Made by a program: the position numbers and the translations under genes
From: Trichoplax sp. H2
Lineage: Eukaryota
Direction: 5' to 3'
Length of the DNA stretch: 64,000 nt
Assembly (NCBI GenBank): GCA_003344405.1
Contig: NOWV01000014.1
Coordinates: 1 to 64,000 of the forward strand
Shown: in pieces, positions 28,318 to 41,320 of the stretch
Numbering within the stretch: the stretch's first letter is position 1
Layout of the letters: every line of letters starts with the position of its first letter
Notes under the pieces: generated by a model
What the model was told of the DNA's origin: nothing
The model's input: the letters and a program-made list of their open reading frames with translations, nothing else
Databases searched by the model: none

Positions 28318-29697
28318 TTATGAAACATTGACTCTTCCACTGGTGCCAGCTAACGTCACCATGATTACGACCGTGACAGCAAGAAGGAAAATTACAGCCT
28401 TGCCGCTGAAGTGTTCCATGTTGTAGAAGAAAACAATCCACATAAAAGCGATAAATAGCACAAGTAGAGGAATAAACAATTTACTTAGATCCAATTCTTG
28501 CGATTCCTCTTGTGGTTGGCTTTGTTCCTGGCTTGCTGATTGTTGTTGCCCTTGGCGAAAACCTCGAACAGCATGGATATTGGAATGATTAGTAATATGA
28601 TAAGCAGCAAGTGTCCTAATACTGTCGCGTAATTCATATCCACGGTAAATTAAGCGTACAGACGCACCAGCAGCAAGATCTTGCGGGAAAGCTATCCTAT
28701 ATGGAAGAAAGGGTAATTGTTGATTATGATATTCTAGGATAGTGTATGTAATTTTCTAGTTAGAAGGATTTCTGAGCCTTAAAAAGTACTGTAATCAATG
28801 CAGTTTGACACATTCCAACTACTCAGTACAAGGGTCCATGCAGCTGATTTCTCATATTTTATTGAGCACAGCCTAGCTAAGTATAGTTACGTACTAGTAC
28901 ATGCAATTTGAAGTTATCAATTCCATCCGATAATATTTTTAAGAGACAAGGCTAGGTTGAAAGATAGCTAGCTTTTTGGAGTTATCAACTGTTTTTTTTT
29001 CTTTTGATGAATTAGACTGAAAGTAATGCAAGTACTGATGGCAAAGACTATGAATGAGAAGGTTACAGAGAAATAGCCAGGTTCATTCATAGCATCCTTG
29101 TCCAACTATTCAAATTAATACTCACTCTTTCAACTCGCCAACAGTTGTCATTGGATTAGCAGACACTACTTTCCTGCTCTGGTCTAACATGACAATGGTT
29201 AAAGTCCAAGTTTGATTGGGATCATTTTGTTGTGTCTGATTATTATTAGAACGACTTCTGAGCAATGTATCAGGCTGCGTTGAATGGCTAGCAGCAGGCG
29301 TTGTTGTACTCGTATTGGGAGTTTGATGAATTTGTGATGGATGAGTTTGTGTATCACGATTGTTGAACAAGTTGGTATGATAGGTATCACCAGTAGAAGG
29401 AGTAGATGGTTGATCATGGAGATTAGATTGCATAGGATGATCTGTAGACTGAGTATTTTGCTGCCTTTGCGAATGATTCGCAGGGATACGGATTAAATCA
29501 TCCGTGGATTGATTTGGGTCCACTTCATCGCTATTCCATTGGCTATTTTGACCAGTCATTGTAGCTTGAGGAATTGGCAGTGTAATGCGATGATTATTGG
29601 ATGATTTGACAGCCCACAAAATGACCGCAGCGCAGAACAAGGCGACAGTGCCTATGGATAACAGGACTTCATCATCAATGCCTTCGATGACCGCCAT
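28318..29697 (-). CDS. TMUB: Transmembrane and ubiquitin-like domain-containing protein (TMUB1/2 family); exons 29697-29126 and 28696-28318
   Basis: N-terminus MAVIEGIDDEV plus a TM helix (TMUB1 starts MTLIEGVGDEV); low-complexity linker; UBL domain (TTVGELKEIAFPQD..VRLIYRGYELRDSIRTLAAYHITNHSNIHAV); two C-terminal hydrophobic helices; phase-2 GT-AG intron in frame. Confidence 0.92.
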
Positions 29698-29807
29698 ATT
29701 GGAGAAGTTGCTAAAGAATCTGCAGTCAGTCAATGACGTCACCGTGCAGGGTGTCGAAGCTTACCGGTGGCTCATGGATCGCTAGATGCCCTGTGGTGAG
29801 ACGATAA

Positions 29808-30335
29808 CAGTGTACTGTACAGTACTGTACAGCAGCTTTACTTCATTCTTGTACTGTAGAATACAGTATAACGTGTTCAAGATGGTGCCGAGTCAACTAC
29901 GGAATACATGTACAGTAGAACGGAAAGCGGATGCGCACTTGAGCTCCTCGCGGATTGCACCTGCGTATTTCTTTCATGCCGCAACAGTGGGCTAACTATG
30001 GAACATGATACTGTACTGTACATACACTCAGTGTACAGTACTATACTGTACAGTACTGTACTGTACTGTACAGTACACTGTACAGTAGCTTTGCTTCATG
30101 CTTGTACTGTAGAATGTACAGTCAAGATGGTGCCGACTGCCGAGTCAGCTACGGAATGGAATGGAACGCGGATGCGCACTTGAGCTCCTCGCCGACTGCA
30201 CCTGCGTATTTCTTTTCATTCAGCCAAAGTGGGCAAACTATGGAGCATGATACAATACTGTACACAGTGTACAGTACAGTACATTACAGTATTCAAGGTG
30301 GCTGTACAGTACTGTACTGTACTGTACGTACTGTA
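29808..30335. repeat. Two ~250-bp tandem copies of a GC-rich module separated by (TACTG/TACAG)n tracts, immediately upstream of TMUB
   Basis: Copies start ~29841 and ~30094 and share CTTGTACTGTAGAAT..TCAAGATGGTGCCGA..GCGGATGCGCACTTGAGCTCCTCGC..TGCACCTGCGTATTTC..AGTGGGC.AACTATGGA.CATGATAC. Confidence 0.85.
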
Positions 30336-30611
30336 TTAAGAGTATGCTCGTTGCTGCTCATTCTACGCTTGACCAAGTTGTTCATCTCCATTTTTCGTCC
30401 AGCTTTGGAAAGAGTCTATTGGCTATCATCAAGACGGTGATGTCCACTGAAATACTGTGATAGCTCTACTGTGTCCCCAAAATCGCTTAAGGAGTTGTTA
30501 TGAAAGGAAAAGAACCTGAGAAAAATGTGTCCAACCTTTCCTAGCTCGAATAGGGTACACAGTACTGTACAGTATGATACACTCTATTACGCCAAGGGGC
30601 ACAGTATACAG

Positions 30612-30969
30612 TACAGTAGGCTGTTGACGAGTTGGGCAACCATGGGTTGATACACGGACTATAATAGTACTGTACCGTACCGTGCCAATTGCTCAGGACC
30701 AGTACAGTGCCCCACTTGCTCATGCTCATAATTGATATACGGACCGTAATAGTACTGTACCGTACCGTGCCAACAGCCCAGGACCAGTACAGTGCCCCAT
30801 TTGCTCATGCTCATAAGGACATTTTTAAAAGGCATACTGTAGGCTGTTGACGAGTTGGGCTACCATAGGTTGATATACGGACCGTAATAGTACTGTACCG
30901 TACCGTGCCAATAGCTTAGGACCAGTACAGTGCCCCATTTGCTCATGCTCATTAGGACATTTTAAAAGG
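30612..30969. repeat. Three copies of an ~84-bp unit (cores ~30647, ~30732, ~30870); copies 1 and 3 share an extra ~30-bp leader
   Basis: Shared TTGATA(C/T)ACGGAC..TAATAGTACTGTACCGTACCGTGCCAA..AGGACCAGTACAGTGCCCCA(C/T)TTGCTCATGCTCAT; leader GTAGGCTGTTGACGAGTTGGGC at ~30616 and ~30839. Confidence 0.9.
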
Positions 30970-33900
30970 GAAAGGACTGGAGAAGAAAGAAAGCCGCGGA
31001 TGCCATGACAATAATGGCGAATGGAGTCAATAGGCATTTGTTTAAGCCCAGTACAAGCAGTATGGAATGGGAAAATTAAAAAAGTCCTGCAGGCATTTTG
31101 TATTGAAACTGTCATTATCGAGTATTATACCCTTGTGTATCCATCTAATCAACGTTCATAATAGGACATTGATTTTCTCTTGATTGGATTGCCTATTCAG
31201 CCAGGACAACGATCTGACGGAGTTAGCAAATCGATTCCATTCCATTTCTATCTTGGGCCATCGTAGCGACGAGGAGACCAGTGGCAGTCGTTCAAGCCAT
31301 TCTTCAAGAGTCAATTGCTATCTTCAAGGCTTTACTTGACCGACAATTCAATTTAATTTGTTATCCTATCGTATTAAGTCAACCCTTCTACTTGAAAAGT
31401 GAAAAGAAATCGATTCAGCCAGAAAATTTCAATTCATACGTTGGCGTCGTTGAATGTCCAATATTTGGATATCTCTCCTATATCTCCCCCCCGTCTTTCG
31501 TCATTAGGATTGCATTTTTCCACGCTTTGCTGACATCTTTATCCACAACTCTATTTTAGACACTTTAACCATTCCATAAACTACCTCCATTGTTGGCCTT
31601 ATAAGCGACATTCTACAGTTCCAGCATGTTATCGGTAAGAACGAAACTACCATTTCCACTTGCTCGTGCCATTGACTGTCGATGCATAAATAGGAATAGT
31701 TGATGGGAAAATTTTTTATTTTCCTGTTATTTTAATGACGGGGGCGATATCGTCAATGGACTGTAACTAAATTCGATACCAATGACTCTGTAGATGGGAG
31801 AAAATGAGAGATTGATTGATTGATGATATTGATAGTATAGTTATTATTATATTTCAATGATATTCAAAATGCGACTCTACTTGCCCTTGAGAATTCCATT
31901 CTCACTAGCAGCACTGACAGTAACATGATGGTAGTTGCAATATCTTTTTATCCTGATGAAGGTTTTGCCTTTTATTCGATATGAAAAGTATAAATACCAG
32001 AGAGTGATGGTACGACTGTCATGGATTGATTATAAATGTAAGAAAAAAGAATATTTCAACCTTTACTAAATCATTATAATTCGTACAACTTTGACTTTGC
32101 TCCTCAATAACAGTTTGAGTGCAATAAATAAGAACAATCCAGCTTGACCATGGTATGAATCAATAGACACCAACTACAGTATATTGCTAACTTTGATTTA
32201 TAATTATCACAACTTAGACGCTGTGTTATAGTCATGACCGATTGAAAACTTCAAGTTGTCCGAAAAATTATCGTCATCATCTTTCCATAGCTTTTATACT
32301 CTTTTGAAGAGAATCGCAGCTTGACTAGTCCGATTGCAATATACTGTGTGCTGTAAATACTCTACTTTTTCATCGACGAGAAATTGAATTTCCTTTTTCT
32401 CACGTTTTCACTTTTTTTTGATTTTTATTTACTATCCGTTGAGTAGCTACCATCAGTATAGGATGTAATCTCCCATCAGTAATGTACAATAAATTAAATC
32501 GTTGCTACTATTTACTTTTACTGCGCATACTAGCTATCGATCCAAAACAACATTCCTTCTGAACTCATTAATTTCTCTTTCCTCTATTTTGGGGGCACTT
32601 TTCTCTTTTTATTCACTTCTTATCACAAATACTGTACTCTAGAAGAACTATTATGGCCTTTCAGCATTAGCAATTTTCTGTAATAATGACAGGCTTGCAA
32701 GAAATGAAATTGAAGTCAATATCCTCCTAGCGAACATATTGTACTGTACAGAGTCTATCGTTGTAGGTGATGTAGCCATTACGCAAATATCCGTTTACAA
32801 TGTCGTAAATAAAATGCTGCGATATCATTCTCTGTTATATTTTCTGTAACCCTTGCAGTTGGTATATTGTCAAGTAAGAAATCAAACGGTAATGATGAAA
32901 AGATTAACACTAAGCTCCCATCAATTACGAATCATACAATCTTTTCAATAATATTGAAATTGACCACGGTATTTCGCTCACTCAAAGTAGACTCTTTCTA
33001 TGCAAAAGTTGATCAAAAAATAAAATTATCTCTAATTTCACGATTCTTTACAGCTATATTGACATAACTGCGTATTACAGTACAATATACAAGCCTGCAC
33101 AATATCAGGAGCTATCTTGAACATGGACTTTTTGTTGATTTTCGATTAATTTATAATTGAATTCGTGAGCAAATATTGTGTAAGTGCAGTCAACCACAAG
33201 TGATTACTTTATATTAGCAGACTGTAAATCAGATGGAAAAACCCATAGATTGCTGTCTATGATACATTCTTAATCCACAGTTTAACCAATATCTTTCTAT
33301 GAATGATTCAATCATGTAAATCCTTCGTTATTTTATTCGAGTTGTAAAATGGAATTCATTTGATCAAGTGTGTCCATCTAACATTTAAAATATCAATCAA
33401 CCAGGATGATCACAACAATAGCGTAAATTTTCAATACTTTAGATCATTTCTACCTACTGTAAAGCATATTATGGACTACATTTACTTCTATTTTTTTTTA
33501 GTATTTGAGCTCACTAAAGTAAGTAATAGCCAAAGTTTAGTTATTATTACAACCGCCCATAAAATAGAGAAATTTTTTCTACTCGTGTTTTCCTTTGTAT
33601 ATGTTCATATATATAATCACAATCTTAAGTTTGACGATTATCATTTTTATTTTTGGATATCTATATATACAGTACAGTACGTCAGGGTCAGTACACGTAG
33701 GCTACATATTTTCATCATTTATTACCCTTATCGCTACTTGTTTTTATTATACGAAATTATTGCTCAGTATATAGCGATAGCTGTACATTATTTAGCTTTC
33801 CTATCTGCGGAAATCTGTTGTTATCACATTGTTGATGAGCTTGTTATGCGTACGTAAATATCTTAGTACAGAAGCAAAAATAGAACTAGATACAACATAG

Positions 33901-36563
33901 CAATCACTGACTAAAAGGTCAAGTAGTTCTTGAGGCAATTATGGCAATGACTTGATTCACGATGGGGGATAAAATCGATTTTCGTGAAACGGTCTTTATA
34001 GCTCTGAACGCGATAATATTGTTACAAGACGATTGCCAAGGCATTCAATTCCAACGTTAAAATGATCTTTGTCCATCACGATGGCAATACAATAGGATTT
34101 TTCCTATCACAAAACAGGATATCTAGTCTACTTCAAGGAGGGTTAATTTAATAGATTGATATAATGATGACACGGTATCATTGGAGGCTAAAAAAATTGT
34201 TGTATCTATGTTGTATCTTATAAACGGCCATCGTTACGTTTTCTTGAACGTACTGCCTTGTTTTAATATATTGCCCTAACTTCATGATGATGTTTACGTA
34301 TACTGGCTCACGATTCAATCTGTTAATAGAATCAAGAAAGGTAAGCAGCACAGTATACAGTACCACAGTAGTATGAAAAGTCCATAATAGTATAATGATA
34401 ACGTAATTTCATCCTGTTTTTCATAAAAAATGTAATGTCGATATCGTCTCTCTATTGATTGATGTACCTGATGCCTAGTATGATTAAAGCATACTTCACC
34501 GCGTATGATGTACCTTTAATGTAGTAGGAACTTTTCATTCTTTTTCTTGTAATTGCGCCAGATTTTACCTACGTGGACTTTCCTGTATATTTAATGTTGG
34601 ATACCTTACATTATATAGCCCATGATGCAGTATGTACAGTACTACATTTTGGAAAGCGTCGTCTTCATACAATACTACTGATGCTTATTGTTATTAAAGT
34701 GAGCAAATATAGCACATGAGTGCCTTAATCCACAATGAAATTGGATTGCAATGGTATCGAATTCGTATTGGCAAGATTTTGCTCAAATTTTGTACTCTAG
34801 GCACAAATATTACTGTAGTTACATCATCGACCAACTTTATGTCATTGCATGCACGGCATATACTGTGCTTTTGCAAATTAGCTTATGCTGTGCCTGTAGG
34901 TGATAGAATGATCTCTTCTCCTCAAAATATCTCCTATGATTAGTCGTTAATTAATTGATGTTTTACTTTAGATCCGACCTCTAAAGTAAGAGGATTTGTA
35001 AGGTCATCCTATTCTTTCGGATATTCTATAGTGTGTCTGTCCTAAGCCTATTTTTCGACAATAGTAATTAGGCATTTGGCCATCAAGAATAGCTAGAAGG
35101 TTGATTGTCCTGGTACTGTGACTGCAACTAAAATGTTAACCTCCCTATATACTGTACGTATGTAGCAATGTTTCCAGACCTCACTACAAAAGTTTTTATT
35201 TTTCAATGCCTACTTGACGTACTGTATATCAGAAGGTATAAATGATGTAAGATAGTAAATTACCAACCAAAACAGTTACTATTGTAAATTGCTACTCAAG
35301 CAGTTAATCAGCAGTAAATTCCAGCTCTTTTTTTAATTGATCATGGCCAGTATTTTTAGATCAAAATGTTGAACGTTCTTTACCTATTGTCTGGAAATAG
35401 CGATATTCTATTGTTTGCCTTTTTCTATTACAATCTTATCTTATCATATATGATTGTTTATTCTCTAATACTGTTATACTCTCTTTACATCAATGGAAGA
35501 AAAAACACTTTTTACTGTTGCTTTTGTCCATCTGATTTTCGTTTATTCGTTTTATTTATTTACTTCTTTAATTTATTGCCTACCAACGACGCAATTTTTG
35601 GTGAGAATTTGTATATCCCTTCTCAATGTCACCATGTCTATACAATGCATATGCGATCAATCCGTTACTGTACCGGTCCAAAATTGATAAATTGTTCAAT
35701 TTATAGTTATTGAATACGCGGCAAAATACGATCAGGAATCAGTCATCTCATACAGACTCTTGACAAACCTTAGGGCAAGATTAAAAGTATGCTGCTGATT
35801 AATGTAACTATCGAAGATTTTACTTTAATACAGCTACCTCACTTGATCAACTCGAAATACTAACGTAAATGACTTGCTAATCGCAAACCACGTTTAGTTG
35901 TACGAGATTATTTCTGCTTTCGATGATATCAAGTAAAATGTAATGCTGTAACTTACTGACGTTTTCTGCTAAATGCTAAGATGATATTGTATGGGTATTA
36001 GTGATTTATGATGACTACGCTATGAAATTAACATTGAGTTAAAAACAAATAGTAGTATTGCCGCCATCTGATCATAGAGTACCACCAATAACAAACTGTT
36101 AAATAAATATATTTCCTTAATTAATCACTCTTATGCCGAATTACTCTTTGCAAAATGAAACTTGTGTTGACATTGAGGTTGATCAAATAGTGATACAACT
36201 ACAAAAATGAAATTATTTTACTGATGCATGCTTAGCTGCTAATTTATCGATTCTCTTCCTTTGAAATAGCAAATCTTTTTTGTTGTAATAGGTTATAATT
36301 TTCAATTTCTGTATACGATAGGACAGTTGGTCCATGATAAAATTTTATATGAGAATACTGCATATTAAAGAGTTCTCATACTGTACAGTACACGTAGTAG
36401 TTTCATTTTTATCGCGATAAAATTAACCCGTGATCATATTCCATTTTCTATGTTTATCACTAAGGAAAAGTTAGTTAACGTATACTGTATACTTGCAGCT
36501 ATGTATCTTTCCTTCAATTAGAAGACAATAACCGATTGTATTTTTTATCCTCGATCCTCATAG

Positions 36564-38498
36564 GAGGAGTTAGAAAAGTCAATGAAAATTTTTATTGGTG
36601 GATTAAGTTTTGATACCACGGATGAGACACTTCGAAATTACTTTGCTAAATATGGAGATATTGCTGACAGTGTAGTGATATGCGAGTCTGGTTCAAGGAA
36701 ACCGAGAGGTTTTGGATTTGTTACCTATAAAGATGTAACTAGTGTTAAGAATTGCTTAGCTGGTATACCTCACCAGATTGATGGTAAAACTGTTGAAGTC
36801 AAGCATGCAGTACCAAGAGAAAGTAATGAATTAGCAGCACCTCATGAACGACGCTCTAAAAAGATTTTTATTGGTAGGTCAATAGTCTATTTCCATTATT
36901 AGTACTAGCCGTAATTATGAATTGTAACTGGTGCCCTGTTCTTGTTAAAATATGTCCGCATATAAATTCCTACTATTGACTTCCAGTCTCCTATCATCTA
37001 CATACATATTAATTACTAATAATTCATTAATATACTAGGCATTTATAACAACATTTGTCGCATTAATTAGACATTAAAGTTTTTAAGGAGTAGATTCACG
37101 AATTTTTAAAAATTCTATAAACTTCTGCAAGAATATCATATTAACCATTTTTTAACTTATCATACGCGTAGATTATTCTTAGCGGTACAATAACAGAATA
37201 TGCTATTTTCATTCTTTTTTTCTTCCAATACCCCATCAAGGTGGACTTGGAGCATCAACTACTGAAACTGAAATTCGCCAGTATTTTAATCAATTTGGTA
37301 AAATATTGAATATCGATCTGAAAAAAGATCGTGACACCAATGTTTTAAGAGGTTTTGGATTTGTAGTATTTGAAGCCGAAGACTCTGTAGATAAGGTCTT
37401 AACTGCTAGGTGAGATGATGAAAGTAATTTTTTCTCTAATTTTATCTTGAATCTGTTGGAATTGTACTGTAGCAGCAATGATTAGGCGCAGTTTTGAACA
37501 TACACATATTTTAAAAAACAAAAGTGCACGGTAATATTCAAATTCAATATCGTAAGTATATTAACATTCATACTACAGTGATATCTACAGTATACTGTAT
37601 CTAAATCAATTGTCATAGATACTTCTATGTGGGTACTGTAATTGCTTATTGGATTAATGATGATCATATGTTAAATTACTCTATTTAACATGTTAGATAC
37701 CATGATGTCGGTGGTCGCAAAGTTGAAGTTAAGAAAGCTGAGCCACGTAGTGCATTAAGTACCAGTAACAATAACGGTATAGGGCGATTTCCAAGAATGG
37801 ACACCAATGATACCTACCCATCAGATGGCTACTTCAAATGGGATGGAAGAGTACGTGAAAAGATTTCCGGCTATTTGGATCGACATGGACCTTTAATTGC
37901 TAATGCACAAAGTGATAACAACCTATCATTTGTAAACGGATATGATGATCATCGTTTCTCACCGAATCATATCGATAGTGATGAACTACTGCACAAAGGC
38001 GGAGCAATATATCGTCGTCAACCTGAAAGACCTTCTCGCGTTGATTGTGATGTTCCATACAATTCTGACTTAGTTTTCGATGCAAACTTCTCTAATTATC
38101 CCGTAAATAGTATACAGTACGACCAAGTACGAGATCTTTATGATCTAGATGCCAATAACTATAATGTCAATCCGCTACCAAGAGATTATCATCATTCTTT
38201 ACCATTGTATAGTAAACAACCCAGCGGAAGGCCTGATGGTAACCATAATAATGTTATCGCGCGTCAAGCTGGTGGCTACCAGCGGCATTTGTCAAGACTC
38301 CATTACGACTTTGATAGAATGCCAGAACACGATGGAAAAGAAGCCATGGTAGGAAAGATTTCTTCTGAACGATTACCTTATGACTTTCAGCCAAATCTAT
38401 CGCGTCGTCATAACTCTAATAGGAGGCAATCAAGGTTAGATCATCCCCAAGCAAGCGGTGCTACCTACAAAGGTATTCGTAGGGCCTACCCATACTAG
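36564..38498 (+). CDS. Dual-RRM RNA-binding protein of the hnRNP A/B-D / DAZAP1 / Musashi group; exons 36564-36873, 37241-37409, 37697-38498; first exon probably further upstream
   Basis: RRM1 KIFIGGLS..PRGFGFVTY..IDGKTVEVKHAVPRE; RRM2 KKIFIGGL..LRGFGFVVF..YHDVGGRKVEVKKAEPR; long polar tail ending RRAYPY*. An acceptor at 36562-36563 precedes the in-frame ATG at 36582. A candidate upstream phase-0 exon is 34284-34340 (ATG..AAG|GTAAGC). Confidence 0.88.
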
Positions 38499-41320
38499 AG
38501 CTAATCATTGCTTGATATCCAATTTACTTCTTACAAAAAAATTTTGACTGAGAGATTAAATTCAATTACAACCTTCAAGAAACCTTCTTAACATCTGACT
38601 TGGATAAATTTTCCTTATGAATCAGTCAGTTAATTATTGCTGATATTGACTATTAGACACTTACTAAATTGCAACGCTATTGGTAGTAGTACGGTACACC
38701 TATCGCATATTTAGATATTTAGCGTAATCAACTTAACGTAGCATTGCTTCCTATATCGAATGCAATAGACTGCATCAAATATCTGTTTTACTCGTTAGAG
38801 GTCAAAATTATTTAGCATGACAATGTATTGAAAGAAATAGATAAATTCATTACTGATATTGATGTTGACTAATAATGCAACTTCAACAAGTATACTCGTA
38901 TCAAAAAATTTTTACTATAAAAAATGTTGTTAAAATTTGACATGAAATGAAAATTATTATTTATTCCTGATTACTGTGTAACTAGTTCTGTTATTATTAC
39001 GACAAAGTGTCGACCATTATGATTCAAAAATTTTTATCTATCGTTTATTACCTAAATTAATTCCGCTATCATGTTTGTTTTTAATATCAGATATAATACA
39101 AGTTTATTACTAGTCGCTATCTTAAAATCTACTTTTACGCCTAACAAAGATCTATTGCAATAATGATTGTTGATTCATGCTAATTGCGTATCAGGCTTAA
39201 CCTTTTGTTACTGTGGAAAGAAAAAGCTTAATTTATTTCACTTACATTACTTATCAAAATTTTACATATCCTGTAAACATACAATCTTCCTTTGACCTTG
39301 TTAACATGTGATATAGCCTAAACGCACAACTGAAAGCATAGCTAAACGTCATATAGACCATTAAAAGTTTATATTTAAGTCACTGTGGTAAGCCTATAAT
39401 TGCAGATGGATTGTCATCCCCCACAGCTTCGTTATCTTTATGATAAATATCTATGGTCTAAATTTTACGATAGTATACTGTAATGTCCTTATTCTGATCT
39501 AACAGCACAATTTGAAATTGAATTGTAGTGATTCTTAAGTATTAGCTTAAGCTAGCACTCGTATCTACACGCATATAAATGATCATGAAAGTTTTGTATC
39601 ATGATAAAAAATTACCTTTATATTGTTGTTTAATAAATTGCAGCCTTAAAGAATGAAACAAATCCAGATTTGATTGCGTAATATATGTGAAAAAATTTGC
39701 TTTCGTTGAACTATCTAAACAGATCAATGTTTAGTATATATTATAAGATATCGTAGGAATAATTACAACTACGAATCTTTAAGGAAGGATAAATTTCTTG
39801 ATCTCTGTATCATTCCATGACATGAAATTAAATATTAGCAAAAGTAAGCATTTAATACATTTAAAAGAAATGTATACAAAGCATTTGATACGTATGATTT
39901 GCAACTAAGCTAGATAGAAAGTCTAATTCAATTAACACGACGTATTTGTCATTTTACAAATAAATATACGGGACCTATCATCTCGACAAAATTATGGATA
40001 AGAAATTCTACCTGCCTCTATTCGTGTATTTTAATCTAGATTACCTTCATAATTATGCTAATAACTGTTGTTACCATTATCAATGCTGTAGCAACATTAT
40101 CTATCATGCCAAGATCTTTAAGTTACCGTATGCACCGAAAAAGCTGATATTTCAGGATGCACTTAAGCTTTTGAACCCATGTTACAAATTCCTTCCAAGA
40201 TAGAGACATGAACATTACGTTACAATATAACAATATCTACTAATCTCGAGAGAGTGTGTGCTCGAATATTTACTACTTTCTACAAGTTCAAGAAACATTC
40301 GAACAGTAATATCTTAAAGCTAGAAGGTTCGTCATCAAATCAAATATAAATCCCTTTTCCATCAGATAGATTCCTAAGTAGCTCTCGTAGTCGTGTCTCG
40401 GTAAATTATAGCTATTGCTTGCTGTATGATATAAATAACGATAGAAAGGAGCTAACTAACTGTCATAAACATGCAAACTGATACATATTTGAATGGATTG
40501 CAACGAAACTGACTTATAACGTGCAATTTGATTTTAGTTTGTTAATATTGTTACTTTATTAGCACTGCTGGTAATTATTTCTTCGAATTCGCTTTATTTC
40601 CTCTTTTCTTTCTTAATCATTTCAATACTTAGGGTTCATAAATGGTCGAAAATTATACCATGCCCATACTGTAGTTTAAGACTACAAAAGATTTTCACTA
40701 TTGCGACCGTTATACGGTATTTGAAATTAATTCTAGATACCACACGCTTATATTTTTAAAGAAAAAAATAGCATATTCCAGTAACCATTAATGTCAATCC
40801 CATTATCATTTATGAGTTTGTATACTGTACGTCTGTACCTTAATGCTATGACCATATGATCGTAAGATCTTAATAAAACATTAAATTAATCAGATCTATA
40901 TTGGAAACTCTTGTCTTAATCCCAACCATCCACCCTTGAAATGAGCAGCGCGGGGGTATTTATACTACTGTTAAATGACTCTGATTATGGGTTCATTTTA
41001 ATAGGTCAGTATAAGATTCTTACAGTACTTTTAACCTAAAGATTTCTTCATGTAAAACGAATAGCTCTAAGGTAGTAAGTTCTGCAGAGTACTGATTATT
41101 AAAATAGTATTCGCTATATCGCTAAGGGTGGCCACTGGGCCTTTAAATTTTGATTTCATGTAATATTCTGATGAAAATTGAATAAACATAGAATCTTTAT
41201 AGAGTTTTCTACACAGCCATTTTGATTGTTACATTTTCTTATAACGGTTGTTATCGACAGAGCAAGCTTTGCTTGCATACGACAGCGATCCTTAGACACA
41301 NNNNNNNNNNNNNNNNNNNN

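Noticed and set aside
30612-30969. Repeat array superficially like CRISPR
   Set aside because: Eukaryotic context, long units, no unique spacers and no cas genes.
29786-31115. Several Cys/Thr/Val/Tyr-rich short ORFs
   Set aside because: They are translations of the TACTG/TACAG tracts and local duplications.
33360-33857. 165-aa ORF on the + strand
   Set aside because: Non-ATG start, F/I/Y/L-rich composition typical of AT-rich non-coding DNA, and no recognisable motif.
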